A stretch of 64,000 nt of DNA, taken from the NCBI GenBank assembly GCA_037927135.1, contig JAXSPP010000003.1, forward strand, positions 32,001-96,000, in the 5' to 3' direction. The translations under genes were made by a program, and so were the position numbers. The notes under the pieces are model-generated. The model worked only from the letters and a program-made list of their open reading frames with translations. It was not told where the DNA came from and did no database searches. This DNA comes from Candidatus Pampinifervens sinense (lineage in GTDB: Bacteria > Aquificota > Aquificia > Aquificales > Aquificaceae). Of the stretch, positions 1 to 8,873 are shown one piece after another; the first letter of the stretch is position 1, and each line of letters opens with the position of its first letter.

Positions 1-1348
1 TTAGTATCATTATCTTCACATCCACACCGCCCACATCGCATATACAGTCCGCATCGGGGAAGAAGTGAAGGCCCGCCGTGGCATGGGCCACCGTTTCCAC
101 CACAGCCACATCCGCACCCAGAATATCTTTAAGTAGGTCCTTGCCATAGCCCGTCAGGCCAAGGGCCAAAACCTTCCCATCACCAAGATAATCCCTTATC
201 CTTCTAAATATCTCCTTTGCATCCTCTATAGGGTTTCCTTTGCTCAATGTGTAGCAAGAGAAAACTATCTCCTTTTCCGGTGTTATGCATACGGCCTTTG
301 CCGTTGTAGAACCAAAATCACAGCCTATTATGACCTCTCTTGCCTTCTTTGGCACTATGCGGTTTTCCACAACGTAAGAATACTTTCTCTTGAACTCCTC
401 AAGCTCTTCTTCTGAACTTACAAGCCCCCTCTTCCCTTCCTTTAGCTTCTGCTCATACTGGCCCTCCTCCACCCACCACCTTAGCCTTTCATGACCCATA
501 TATACTCCTCCCTCCTCCTCAAGGGCTGTAAAGACACAGCCAAGGCTGGCATAATAGAGGGAGTTTTCCGGCACTATTACAAGCTTTTCCATGTCTTCCT
601 TGCTAAAGTCTCCCACACCCCTTTCCTTCCAAAGCCTTTGAAGGTGAACCCTCCACGCCTGCTGAAGGCCCTTAAAGAAGAGGTTAGGACCACCTAAAAG
701 AAGGACCTTTGGAAGGGGAGTGTTTCCTTTTGTGAGCTGGGCCAAATTTTGATAGACTACAGCCTCAAAGAGGGAGGCTATTATCTCTTCCACTGGAACG
801 CCCGCCTTTACAAGGGAATTCACATCCGCCTCTGCAAAGATGCCACACTTGGAGCTTATACGGTGGAGTGTATAGCCCTCATAGTCCATCTGGGATAACA
901 CCTCTGGTGGTATGCCAAGCTTTCTGCCCACCTTTTCTATAAAGGTGCCCGTTCCTCCAGCGCAAGCATTCTGCATATACACCTGTTTGCTCTTTTTCCC
1001 CTCCTGCTCCTTTATGAAGATGGTCTTCATGTCCTCCCCGCCTATCTCGCTCACAAACCTCACGTCAGGATGCAACCTTTCTACCGCCGTGGCAACGGCC
1101 ACCACCTCCTGCACAAACCTTGCACCTATTAGCTCCCCTATAAAGCCACCACCGGAGCCCGTCATATAAACCCTGTCCCTTCCGGGTTTTAAGCCATATT
1201 GACCTTCTAGCCTTAGGAGAAACTCCAAAACCTTTTCCGCCTGCCTTGTGTTATGCCTCTCATAGGCCTTGTCAAGGATGTTCCCCTTTTCATCCGTCAA
1301 AACATACTTACAGGTGGTGCTTCCCACATCTATACCAAGCAAAAGCAT
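1..1348 (-). CDS. CoA-substrate-specific enzyme activase (BadF/BadG/BcrA/BcrD ATPase, tandem domains), runs off window start
   Basis: Not in ORF track. Manual translation from ATG 1348: MLLLGIDVGSTTCKYV...EIGGEDMK...NACAGGTGTF...SSKCGIFAEAD, then a second domain GCDFGSTTAKAV...DVGGVDVK. These are ASKHA ATPase/[4Fe-4S] activator motifs. Confidence 0.85.
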   Translation of the reverse strand, partial: MLLLGIDVGSTTCKYVLTDEKGNILDKAYERHNTRQAEKVLEFLLRLEGQYGLKPGRDRVYMTGSGGGFIGELIGARFVQEVVAVATAVERLHPDVRFVSEIGGEDMKTIFIKEQEGKKSKQVYMQNACAGGTGTFIEKVGRKLGIPPEVLSQMDYEGYTLHRISSKCGIFAEADVNSLVKAGVPVEEIIASLFEAVVYQNLAQLTKGNTPLPKVLLLGGPNLFFKGLQQAWRVHLQRLWKERGVGDFSKEDMEKLVIVPENSLYYASLGCVFTALEEEGGVYMGHERLRWWVEEGQYEQKLKEGKRGLVSSEEELEEFKRKYSYVVENRIVPKKAREVIIGCDFGSTTAKAVCITPEKEIVFSCYTLSKGNPIEDAKEIFRRIRDYLGDGKVLALGLTGYGKDLLKDILGADVAVVETVAHATAGLHFFPDADCICDVGGVDVKIMIL

Positions 1349-1350
1349 GG

Positions 1351-2862
1351 CTACACCCTACCCATAAGCTTGGCCACATGCATCACGTAGTTGCTGGCAG
1401 TGCCTGCATACCCATAGTGAGGCACCCTATAGGTGGCTTTTTTTAGCTCAGGATGCTTTTCTTCAAAGTCCCTTATATCTTCTACCGTTAGGCCTGTCCT
1501 TTCTAGCACCTCTTCAAACTCCTCCCTTGCTCTCCTTTTGGCCTCCGTTAGTATCATCTGACATCTTGAGTAGGCATGAACCTCCGCATCTCCCTTTATC
1601 TCAATGGGTGCATAAAGTAGGTCCGGGTAGTCTCCTAAAACCTTTGCCATGGCACCTATGGACATGGTATTGGGCAAACACCCATAGGGAGAAAGCTCGC
1701 ATATCATATGGGCCTGCTTTTTCTTATAGGCATACAGGGCCTTCCCTATTAGCATGTGGCCTTCCCCACCGGTAAGCCTGTAATAAAAGTATGGCCTTGC
1801 CAGCTCTTTCAGCTCCCTCTGGTCTGGCAGTGGGTTTGGTATGTTGTTCAAAGCCTTCCTTAGCCTGTTGTAGACAAACCTATAAAGGTAGGCTATTGTA
1901 CCTATGGCCAGCTTTTTAAGGTAATAGTTCTTGACAAAGCCCTTGGCATCCTCAAGCTTGAAGAGCTCCATGTTTATAAGGTAGTCCATCCAAACGGCTA
2001 TAGGCGGTGGGATCACCTCGGCCCCTTCCTTCTCCAGCCACCTCTTTATGTTGTAATTTCCATCCCCCTCATGGGTCTGAAGCCAAAACTCACCCGTTAT
2101 TTTAACCTTTGGCTTTACCCTTAGCCTGTCTACCTCCACCTCATCCCAAAGGCTTTTTACCTCTTTTAGAGCCTTTACAAAGTAGTCTGTAAACACATGC
2201 CAAAGGAGAGAATCCAGCTTTTTGCCCTTTATGGGCCTGTTTTTTAGCCTCTCATAGAGCAGTTCTATGCTCTCCTTTACCACCCTGTCCGTTTGCCCCT
2301 CCTTTACCTCATAGGGCCTTGTGGCATACTCCATATCGGTGATAAGATCTCCCAAAAACATGGCGTATACAAGGCCAAAGGTCAAAGGCATGTTTATCTC
2401 AAGGCCTCCCCCCGGCGCAGACTGCTCCATCTGAAGTAGGTCCAAAAGGAATAGCCTAAAGTCCCTAAGGTTTAAGCCCTCAAGGACCCTCTCATAGGAC
2501 TCGTGGTATTGGCCAAATCTACAAGGACCACAGGCACCTACCGTGACAAATATGTATTTGTTTTTTACAGCCTCCTCCCCTTCCTTTTCTCTAATATTTA
2601 TAAGCGTCCTTGCCAAGTTGCCCGCGGTAAAGGTGGTAGGACAGCATGCCCCCACATCTATGTATTCCTTTCCAATGTCTAGGTCCACCCTTTCTATCTG
2701 GGGCAAAGGCTGTGCCCTATAACCCATCCTTTCCAGAGAGCCTTGTATCAATCTTTCATGCTTCCAGGTTAGACCTCCGAAGAGTATGGTGGTGTGAGGC
2801 CTCTCCTCCTTTGTAAAAGGCCTTGGTCTGTAGGCTCTATAGTGAACCTCCCTTACTTCCAT
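1351..2862 (-). CDS. 2-hydroxyacyl-CoA dehydratase-like, activator-associated Fe-S protein
   Basis: Motifs GACCPT, GACGPCRFGQY, ITGEFW, GGEG, SPYGCLPN. SD GAGGAGG before ATG 2862. Stop lies 3 nt before the activase start. Confidence 0.75.
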   Translation of the reverse strand: MEVREVHYRAYRPRPFTKEERPHTTILFGGLTWKHERLIQGSLERMGYRAQPLPQIERVDLDIGKEYIDVGACCPTTFTAGNLARTLINIREKEGEEAVKNKYIFVTVGACGPCRFGQYHESYERVLEGLNLRDFRLFLLDLLQMEQSAPGGGLEINMPLTFGLVYAMFLGDLITDMEYATRPYEVKEGQTDRVVKESIELLYERLKNRPIKGKKLDSLLWHVFTDYFVKALKEVKSLWDEVEVDRLRVKPKVKITGEFWLQTHEGDGNYNIKRWLEKEGAEVIPPPIAVWMDYLINMELFKLEDAKGFVKNYYLKKLAIGTIAYLYRFVYNRLRKALNNIPNPLPDQRELKELARPYFYYRLTGGEGHMLIGKALYAYKKKQAHMICELSPYGCLPNTMSIGAMAKVLGDYPDLLYAPIEIKGDAEVHAYSRCQMILTEAKRRAREEFEEVLERTGLTVEDIRDFEEKHPELKKATYRVPHYGYAGTASNYVMHVAKLMGRV

Positions 2863-2932
2863 AGGAACCCTCCTCAATTTTTTTAGAAAATTTATACCTT
2901 AAAGGTAAGATTTCTTTATGGTTTTAATCATA

Positions 2933-2941
2933 TGCTATAAT
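2933..2941 (+). promoter_or_regulatory. Extended -10 promoter (TGCTATAAT), probably producing a leaderless argG mRNA
   Basis: TGnTATAAT ends 6 nt before ATG 2948; no SD. Confidence 0.6.
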
Positions 2942-2947
2942 AGGCTT

Positions 2948-4147
2948 ATGCCCAAAAGGGTTATCCTTGCCTATTCTGGTGGTTTGGACACATCTGTAAT
3001 AGTGAGATGGCTCACCGATAGGGGCTATGAGGTCATAACCTACACGGCCGACGTGGGTCAAGGTGAAGAGCTCTCTGAAATTCCTTCCAAGGCAAAGGCT
3101 GCTGGTGCCGTAGAGGCTATAGTGGAGGACCTAAAGGAGGAGTTTGCAAGAGAATACTGCCTTCCTACCCTTAGGGCTTTGGCCCTCTATGAGGGTAAAT
3201 ATCCTCTTACCGCAAGCCTCTCAAGGCCCCTCATTGCCAAAAAGCTTGTAGAGTATGCGGAAAAGTTTGGTGCGGACTATGTGGCCCATGGCTCCACCGG
3301 TAAGGGAAACGATCAGGTTAGGTTTGAGCTTTCTGTCTGGGCCCTAAATCCAGACATTGAGGTGCTGGCACCGGTTAGAGAGTGGGAGTTCAAATCAAGG
3401 GAAGAAGAGGTAGAATATGCCCTAAGACATAAAATACCTGTGAAGGCCACAAAGGAAAAGCCCTATTCTATAGACAAAAACCTTTGGGGAATTTCCATTG
3501 AATGTGGACCTTTGGAGGACCCATGGGAAGAGCCACCAGAAGACGCCTTTGAATGGACACAAAGCCCTCAAAAGGCTCCAGAGGAGCCAGAGTATATAGA
3601 GATAGAGTTTGAGGAGGGTGTGCCAGTTGGCATAAATAGCAGAAGGTATGAAAAGCTTAGCCAGCTTATCCTTGACCTCAACCTCATAGCAGGAAGGCAT
3701 GGCATTGGCAGGATAGATATGGTGGAAAACAGGCTTGTGGGCATAAAGAGCAGGGAGGTCTATGAAGCACCCGGCGCAACGGTGCTTTATGAAGCTTACA
3801 GGGACCTTCTTTCCCTCGTTCTTGACCGATTTACCTTCCACTACTTTTTGACCCATATCCCCCATGAGTATGCCAAGGTGGTCTATGAGGGCCTTTGGTT
3901 TTCACCCTTGAGAGAGGCCCTAGACGCTTTTACCTCAAGGCTTGCCAAGTATGTAAACGGTAAAGTGAGGCTAAAGCTTTACAAGGGTCATGTGCAGGTG
4001 GTAGGAAGGATCTCACCCAACAGCCTTTATGTGGAGGACCTTGCCACCTATTCAGAAAGGGATGCCTTTGACCACAAGGCTGGCGCCAACTTTACCAAGG
4101 TCTTTGGCCTGCCCCTGAAGGTCTTGGGAAGGGTAAGGAAAAGATGA
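2948..4147 (+). CDS. argG: Argininosuccinate synthase
   Basis: LAYSGGLDTS, HGSTGKGNDQVRFE, ENRLVGIKSREVYEAP. Start moved to ATG 2948. Confidence 0.97.
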   Translation: MPKRVILAYSGGLDTSVIVRWLTDRGYEVITYTADVGQGEELSEIPSKAKAAGAVEAIVEDLKEEFAREYCLPTLRALALYEGKYPLTASLSRPLIAKKLVEYAEKFGADYVAHGSTGKGNDQVRFELSVWALNPDIEVLAPVREWEFKSREEEVEYALRHKIPVKATKEKPYSIDKNLWGISIECGPLEDPWEEPPEDAFEWTQSPQKAPEEPEYIEIEFEEGVPVGINSRRYEKLSQLILDLNLIAGRHGIGRIDMVENRLVGIKSREVYEAPGATVLYEAYRDLLSLVLDRFTFHYFLTHIPHEYAKVVYEGLWFSPLREALDAFTSRLAKYVNGKVRLKLYKGHVQVVGRISPNSLYVEDLATYSERDAFDHKAGANFTKVFGLPLKVLGRVRKR

Positions 4148-4806
4148 TGCTTATAGCGGTGCCTCTTTCGGACAAAAACTTTGAAGAAAATCTAAGGCTA
4201 TGCAAAGAAGAGGGTGCGGACATAATAGAGCTTAGGGTGGACCTCTTTGAAAACAAGGATCCAGACTTTGTGCTAGAATGCATAAAAAGGGTTCAAAGCA
4301 TAGGACTTAAAACCATACTAACTGTAAGGAGTGAAAAGGAAGGGGGGACAAAGGTAGAAAATAGGCTGGACATATTCAAGGCCTGCGCACCCCAAAGCGA
4401 CTACACGGACATAGAGCTCTCCTCCAGAGAAATCCTCCCTTATGTGAAGGAAATAGTCAAAAGCTCTGGTAAAAAGCTCATCATCTCTTACCACAACTTT
4501 GATCTTACACCACCCAATTGGATACTAAGAGAGATATTCAGAGAAGCAAAAAGGTGGTCTGCGGACATTGTAAAGATAGCGGTGAAGGCCAACTCTTATG
4601 AGGATACGGCAAGGCTTTTGTGCCTTGGAAGGGAAGAGGAGGGAGAAAAGATTCTCATAGCCATGGGGGACTATGGAAAAGTATCAAGGGTAGCTGGCTT
4701 TGTCTTTGGCTCTGTTATAACCTATTCCTTTGTGGGCTCTGCTGTAGCACCGGGGCAGATAGAATTGAGGGAGATGGTAAGGATTAGGTCCCTTCTTTTC
4801 TCTTAA
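4144..4806 (+). CDS. aroD: Type I 3-dehydroquinate dehydratase
   Basis: ADIIELRVD, ILTVRSEKEGG, SYHNFDLTP, ADIVKIAV, APGQ. Confidence 0.93.
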   Translation: MMLIAVPLSDKNFEENLRLCKEEGADIIELRVDLFENKDPDFVLECIKRVQSIGLKTILTVRSEKEGGTKVENRLDIFKACAPQSDYTDIELSSREILPYVKEIVKSSGKKLIISYHNFDLTPPNWILREIFREAKRWSADIVKIAVKANSYEDTARLLCLGREEEGEKILIAMGDYGKVSRVAGFVFGSVITYSFVGSAVAPGQIELREMVRIRSLLFS

Positions 4807-5125
4807 GGTCTATAAACTCCACCTCCTTATAGTAGGTGGGTCTAAAGAATATCCAGTGCTTTAAGTTCTCCGGTGTTTTTGAATAGCAAACCTCACAGAG
4901 GAGGCCTTCCTGCGTTATCTTTGAGTTGTCATCACAGCAGTCTGTGAGGTTCCAAAACTCGTAGTTGTCATGAAAGATAAGCTTACCGCAAGAAAGGCAC
5001 TCATAGAGCCTACAGCCCTTTGAGGCCAAAAAATCTTCAAGCTCCATATCTTCTGGCAGGCTTTCAAGCTCAAAGACATTCTTTAAAAACTCCTTCTGTC
5101 TTTCTTCAAGCTCTCTTATCCTCAT
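4784..5125 (-). CDS. Hypothetical Cys-rich (CxxC/CC/CxxC) putative metal-binding protein
   Basis: CLSC, CC and CEVC motifs; host-like codons; ATG 5125 lies just after the upstream stop. Confidence 0.6.
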   Translation of the reverse strand: MRIRELEERQKEFLKNVFELESLPEDMELEDFLASKGCRLYECLSCGKLIFHDNYEFWNLTDCCDDNSKITQEGLLCEVCYSKTPENLKHWIFFRPTYYKEVEFIDLKRKEGT

Positions 5126-5129
5126 GTCT

Positions 5130-5645
5130 TCACCTAAAGAGGGAAATCTTTTCAAAGACGCCCTTTACATAGTCCCAGTTGTTTGCCCTTAGCCCGTTGT
5201 ATGCTTTGACAGCCATCACCCAGTTTCCAAACCTTTTGAAGTTCTCATAGAGTATCCTTGCACCTATCTCTATGTTGGTCTCTATATCATAAAGCTGGTC
5301 TGGGTTTTCTATGCCATACTCCTTCATAAGCCTTAGATTGTGCTGGTAATTGACCTGCATAAGGCCCCTGTCTTCTGTGCCGTCCTTGTTTTTGTTGTAA
5401 GCCCATGGGTTGAAGTTGCTCTCCTGCTTTATGATGGCAAGGATTAGCTCTTTTGGTATGGAGTATTTTTGTGAGACCTCTTCCACCTTTGCCTTTATTC
5501 TGGCGTCTATGGGTATATCTATCTTGGGTTCCTTGTTATTGATTCCACCTATGGCAGACTGAAGATAAAAACTAAAGTCTTCTCTTGGCTTTATATGTGC
5601 TTCCCTTGTGGTCTTGAGCTCTAGCTTCCAGCCTTCCACCCTCAT
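5130..5645 (-). CDS. Lytic transglycosylase (SLT domain), no signal peptide, FlgB-like N-terminal peptide
   Basis: AIIKQESNFNP, GLMQVN, NIEIGARIL, AYNG. Confidence 0.9.
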   Translation of the reverse strand: MRVEGWKLELKTTREAHIKPREDFSFYLQSAIGGINNKEPKIDIPIDARIKAKVEEVSQKYSIPKELILAIIKQESNFNPWAYNKNKDGTEDRGLMQVNYQHNLRLMKEYGIENPDQLYDIETNIEIGARILYENFKRFGNWVMAVKAYNGLRANNWDYVKGVFEKISLFR

Positions 5646-6088
5646 GTCTTTTTTCCCTTACACTCCGAACATACACCAAAGATCTCAAGCCTGTGATTTA
5701 GAGGAGTAAAGTCGTGCTCTTCGCATACCTTGTCTTGTAGCTCCTCTATTTCCTCCTTGTAAAACTCTATAATCTTCCCACATTCAACGCATATAAGATG
5801 CTCATGGTGGGGCTTTCCAGCAACAAACTCGTATATGGTCCTGTTTCCAAGCTTTATAACCTCCCTTATGGCTCCAAACTCCTGAAGAAGTCTGACCGTT
5901 CTATAAACGGTGGACCTGCTGGCTATGGACCTGTCCTGATTGGCAATCCACCTCACCAGCTCCTCTATCTCAAAATGAGGACCATAGCTGGCTATCTTAT
6001 CAATTATCTCAAACCTGCCCTTTGTTACCTTATAGCCCTTCTGTCTCAAAAACTGCTCAAATTTACTCTTTAACTCTTCCAACTGCAT
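5642..6088 (-). CDS. fur: Fur-family transcriptional regulator
   Basis: STVYRTVRLL, HHEHLICVECGKIIEF, C-terminal CSEC. Exact subtype (Fur/Zur/PerR) not resolved. Confidence 0.85.
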   Translation of the reverse strand: MQLEELKSKFEQFLRQKGYKVTKGRFEIIDKIASYGPHFEIEELVRWIANQDRSIASRSTVYRTVRLLQEFGAIREVIKLGNRTIYEFVAGKPHHEHLICVECGKIIEFYKEEIEELQDKVCEEHDFTPLNHRLEIFGVCSECKGKKT

Positions 6089-6105
6089 GGCATATAATAT
6101 AAGCT

Positions 6106-6123
6106 AAATGAATATCATTTTCA
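6106..6123. promoter_or_regulatory. Putative Fur-family operator
   Basis: AAATGA-ATA-TCATTT perfect inverted repeat, overlapping TGAATAT-C-ATTTTCA (11/14 match to the 7-1-7 Fur box), between divergent fur and thiE. Confidence 0.5.
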
Positions 6124-6136
6124 ATAGGAGGTTTAG

Positions 6137-6799
6137 ATGAAGAAGCCCAACTTGACCCTTTACCTTGTAACCGATGATAGATACTTTCAAGACAGGGACC
6201 TTGTCTCTACCATAGAGGCGGCCATAAGGGGTGGCATAACAGCCCTTCAGTATAGGTTCAAAAACAAAAGCACAAGGCAGATGTATGAGGAGCTTTTGGT
6301 GCTAAGGGAGCTCACCAGAAGGTATGGTGTGGACTTGGTGGTAAACGACAGGGTGGACCTTGCCCTTGCGGTAGAGGCCGACGGTGTGCATGTGGGCCAA
6401 GAGGACCTGCCACCCGATGTGGTAAGAAAGCTTGTGGGAGACAAGATGTACATAGGCTATTCGGTAAATTCGGTAGATAAGCTAAGAGAAGTGGAGCATC
6501 TTCCCATAGACTACATAGGCTTTGGCTCTATCTATGATACTACCACAAAGGAAAACTATAAGCTTGTGGGCATTGAAGGCCTACGCCAGGCTGTAAAGCT
6601 CACTTCCAAGCCCATAGTGGCCATAGGTGGTATAACCCATTATAGGGTGGGAGAGGTGCTTCAGGCTGGTGCAAAGGGTATAGCGGTAGTCTCGGCCATA
6701 CTTGGCTTTGAGGATGTGGAAAAGGCCACAAGGAGCCTAGTGGAGGCCATGAAAAGCTACTACAGGAAGGCCATGCATGAAGGTTTTATATCTCCTTGA
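6137..6799 (+). CDS. thiE: Thiamine-phosphate synthase
   Basis: LYLVTD, QYRFK, NDRVDLALAVEADGVHVGQED, TTTK, VAIGGI. Confidence 0.95.
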   Translation: MKKPNLTLYLVTDDRYFQDRDLVSTIEAAIRGGITALQYRFKNKSTRQMYEELLVLRELTRRYGVDLVVNDRVDLALAVEADGVHVGQEDLPPDVVRKLVGDKMYIGYSVNSVDKLREVEHLPIDYIGFGSIYDTTTKENYKLVGIEGLRQAVKLTSKPIVAIGGITHYRVGEVLQAGAKGIAVVSAILGFEDVEKATRSLVEAMKSYYRKAMHEGFISP

Positions 6800-7646
6800 C
6801 GGCTCTGCCTTTCTTTATAGAAGCTTTTTTGCCCTACCACCCCTTTCTACCTCAAAGGGCTTTCCCACCGGTGCCATATACGGCTTTATGAGGGCCATCT
6901 TTGCCCTTCTGAAGACGGAAAAGCCTGTCTATTTTGCCATAGCCTTTGACCTTCCAGCGCCTACAAAAAGGGAAAGCCTATACAGGGAATACAAGGCCAA
7001 AAGGCCCACCATGCCAGACCCACTAAAGGTGCAAATACCGGTTATAAAGGAGCTTGTGGACCTTCTTGGCATAAAAAGGTATGAGATAGAAGGCTACGAG
7101 GCCGACGATATAATAGCCACACTGGCTTTGAGAGCCCTTGAGAAGGGCTTTTTTGTAAAGGTTTACTCTCCGGACAAGGACATAATGCAACTGGTGGGCG
7201 ACAGGCTTGTGGTGATAAACCCCATAAGCGGTGAGGTCTTTGACAAAAAGAAGGTTTTGGAGAAGTTTGGAGTTCCACCGGAGAAGCTAAAGGACTATTT
7301 GGCCCTTGTGGGCGATAAGGTGGACAACATAGAAGGAGTAAAAGGCGTTGGGCCAAAGACGGCCATAAGGCTACTCCAGCAGTATGGAAGCGTGGAAAAC
7401 ATCCTAAGAAATTGGGAGGACTTTAGGCTTTCCTTCCCTCAGGCAAAGAAGGAAGACCTTGAGCTTGCCTTGGCCTTGCTTGAGCTACACACAGTGGAAG
7501 GCCTTGACTTTGATGAAGAGAGTTTAAAGCTAAAGGAGCCGAACATACCAGCCCTAAGAAAGAAGTTTGAAGAGCTTGAGATGAAAAGCCTTATAAAGGA
7601 GCTAGAAAACCTTTCAAAGAGGGTAGCCCAAAGGAGCCTCTTCTAA
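6777..7646 (+). CDS. Stand-alone 5'-3' exonuclease / flap endonuclease (PolA N-terminal-like)
   Basis: LLDGSAFLYRSFFA, YKAKR, EADDIIATL, DKD, LVGDKVDNIEGVKGVGPKTA. No polymerase domain. Confidence 0.92.
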   Translation: MKVLYLLDGSAFLYRSFFALPPLSTSKGFPTGAIYGFMRAIFALLKTEKPVYFAIAFDLPAPTKRESLYREYKAKRPTMPDPLKVQIPVIKELVDLLGIKRYEIEGYEADDIIATLALRALEKGFFVKVYSPDKDIMQLVGDRLVVINPISGEVFDKKKVLEKFGVPPEKLKDYLALVGDKVDNIEGVKGVGPKTAIRLLQQYGSVENILRNWEDFRLSFPQAKKEDLELALALLELHTVEGLDFDEESLKLKEPNIPALRKKFEELEMKSLIKELENLSKRVAQRSLF

Positions 7647-8365
7647 AAGCTTTGGTTGAACCTCTCATAAAGGCTGTCCAAGGACCTTATGAGGTTTGCG
7701 TAGGTCTCGTGGACCCTGTGGGTTTGTATAAGGTTTGCCATCTCAAGTATGGGGTTCACGTTGGACATCTCAAGGTATCCTTGAAGGATCCTGAAGTTTT
7801 GCGCTGGCTGAGGCTGGCCTAAAAAGAGGTCCCTTCCTATCTTTTGAGGGTTTTCAAGCCTGAAGATGCCAAGGGTTGCCACCTGCACGTTGTTTACAAA
7901 AACAGACCCATCCCTTCCAAAGGTAGGCACTCCCTCAAGCCTGATTTCATTCAAGTTCTGGTCAAGGACTCTGTAGCCAAGTTCGTTTACCAAAAAGCCG
8001 TCCCTATCAAGCCTGAAGTTTCCCTTCCTTGTATAAAAAACCTCCTGCCCTCTCCTTACAGCAAAAAAGCCCTCACCCTCTATGGCAAGGTCAAGGGGGT
8101 TGGAAGTCTGCCTGATAGGGCCTTGAGAGAGGTCTGTAAAGACCCTTTCTATTATGGGATAAAGGAAGTTATTGTTTGGGTTTTGAGGGTCCGTATCCAT
8201 TATCCTTTGACCCATCGGTGTTTCCCAAAGGCTTGCAAGCATGAGGTCCCTTTTAAAGGAAGGTGTATCCACGTTGGCAAGGTTGTTGGTGATGACCTCC
8301 AGCTTTCTCTGCTGGAGGAGCATACCGCTTGAGAGGATATAAAGGGGCTGGTATTCTATGGCCAT
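7643..8365 (-). CDS. flgF: Flagellar basal-body rod protein, FlgF/FlgG family (probably FlgF)
   Basis: NNLANVDTPSFK, LDLAIEGEGFFAV, YTRKGNF, GYLEMSNVN. 240 aa. SD before ATG 8365. Confidence 0.75.
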   Translation of the reverse strand: MAIEYQPLYILSSGMLLQQRKLEVITNNLANVDTPSFKRDLMLASLWETPMGQRIMDTDPQNPNNNFLYPIIERVFTDLSQGPIRQTSNPLDLAIEGEGFFAVRRGQEVFYTRKGNFRLDRDGFLVNELGYRVLDQNLNEIRLEGVPTFGRDGSVFVNNVQVATLGIFRLENPQKIGRDLFLGQPQPAQNFRILQGYLEMSNVNPILEMANLIQTHRVHETYANLIRSLDSLYERFNQSF

Positions 8366-8407
8366 TTCTTCCCTCCTTCCTTTTTGGAATATTTTAAAAT
8401 AAAGCTT

Positions 8408-8854
8408 ATGCTTACAATAGCCTTGGGGTCGGATCATGCGGGCTACTCCCTAAAGGAGAAGATAAAAGAGTTTTTGCTTTCAAAGGGTTATAGGGTGCTT
8501 GACTTTGGCACTCAATCTACAGAATCTACAGACTATCCACTTTTTGCAAAGGAGGTGTGTCTCTCCATCCAAAGGGGGGAGGCCCAAAGGGGCATCCTCA
8601 TATGCGGTACTGGTATAGGCATGGCTATAACGGCCAACAAGTTCAAAGGCATTAGGGCAGCCTTATGTCTAAACGAGTATATGGCAAGGATGAGTAGGAA
8701 GCATAACGATGCCAATGTGTTATGTCTAGGAGATAGGGTCATAGGGGATGACCTGGCCCTCTCCATAGTAGAAGCTTGGCTTTCCACCGACTTTGAAGGT
8801 GGAAGGCACGAAAGAAGGATAAGGCTTATAAAGGAGATAGAGGATATGCTATAA
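8408..8854 (+). CDS. rpiB: Ribose 5-phosphate isomerase B
   Basis: GSDHAG, ICGTGIG, HNDANVLCLG, FEGGRHERR. Confidence 0.95.
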   Translation: MLTIALGSDHAGYSLKEKIKEFLLSKGYRVLDFGTQSTESTDYPLFAKEVCLSIQRGEAQRGILICGTGIGMAITANKFKGIRAALCLNEYMARMSRKHNDANVLCLGDRVIGDDLALSIVEAWLSTDFEGGRHERRIRLIKEIEDML

Positions 8855-8873
8855 TACTCATAGGAGGCTGATT

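Noticed and set aside
491-1775. Short plus-strand ORFs in the track, and similar antisense or alternate-frame ORFs throughout the window
   Set aside because: They are shadows of well-supported genes on the opposite strand or frame, with no motifs of their own.
6777-7646. Apparent truncated polA pseudogene
   Set aside because: Intact ORF with a clean C-terminus; stand-alone 5'-3' exonucleases are established in Aquificae.
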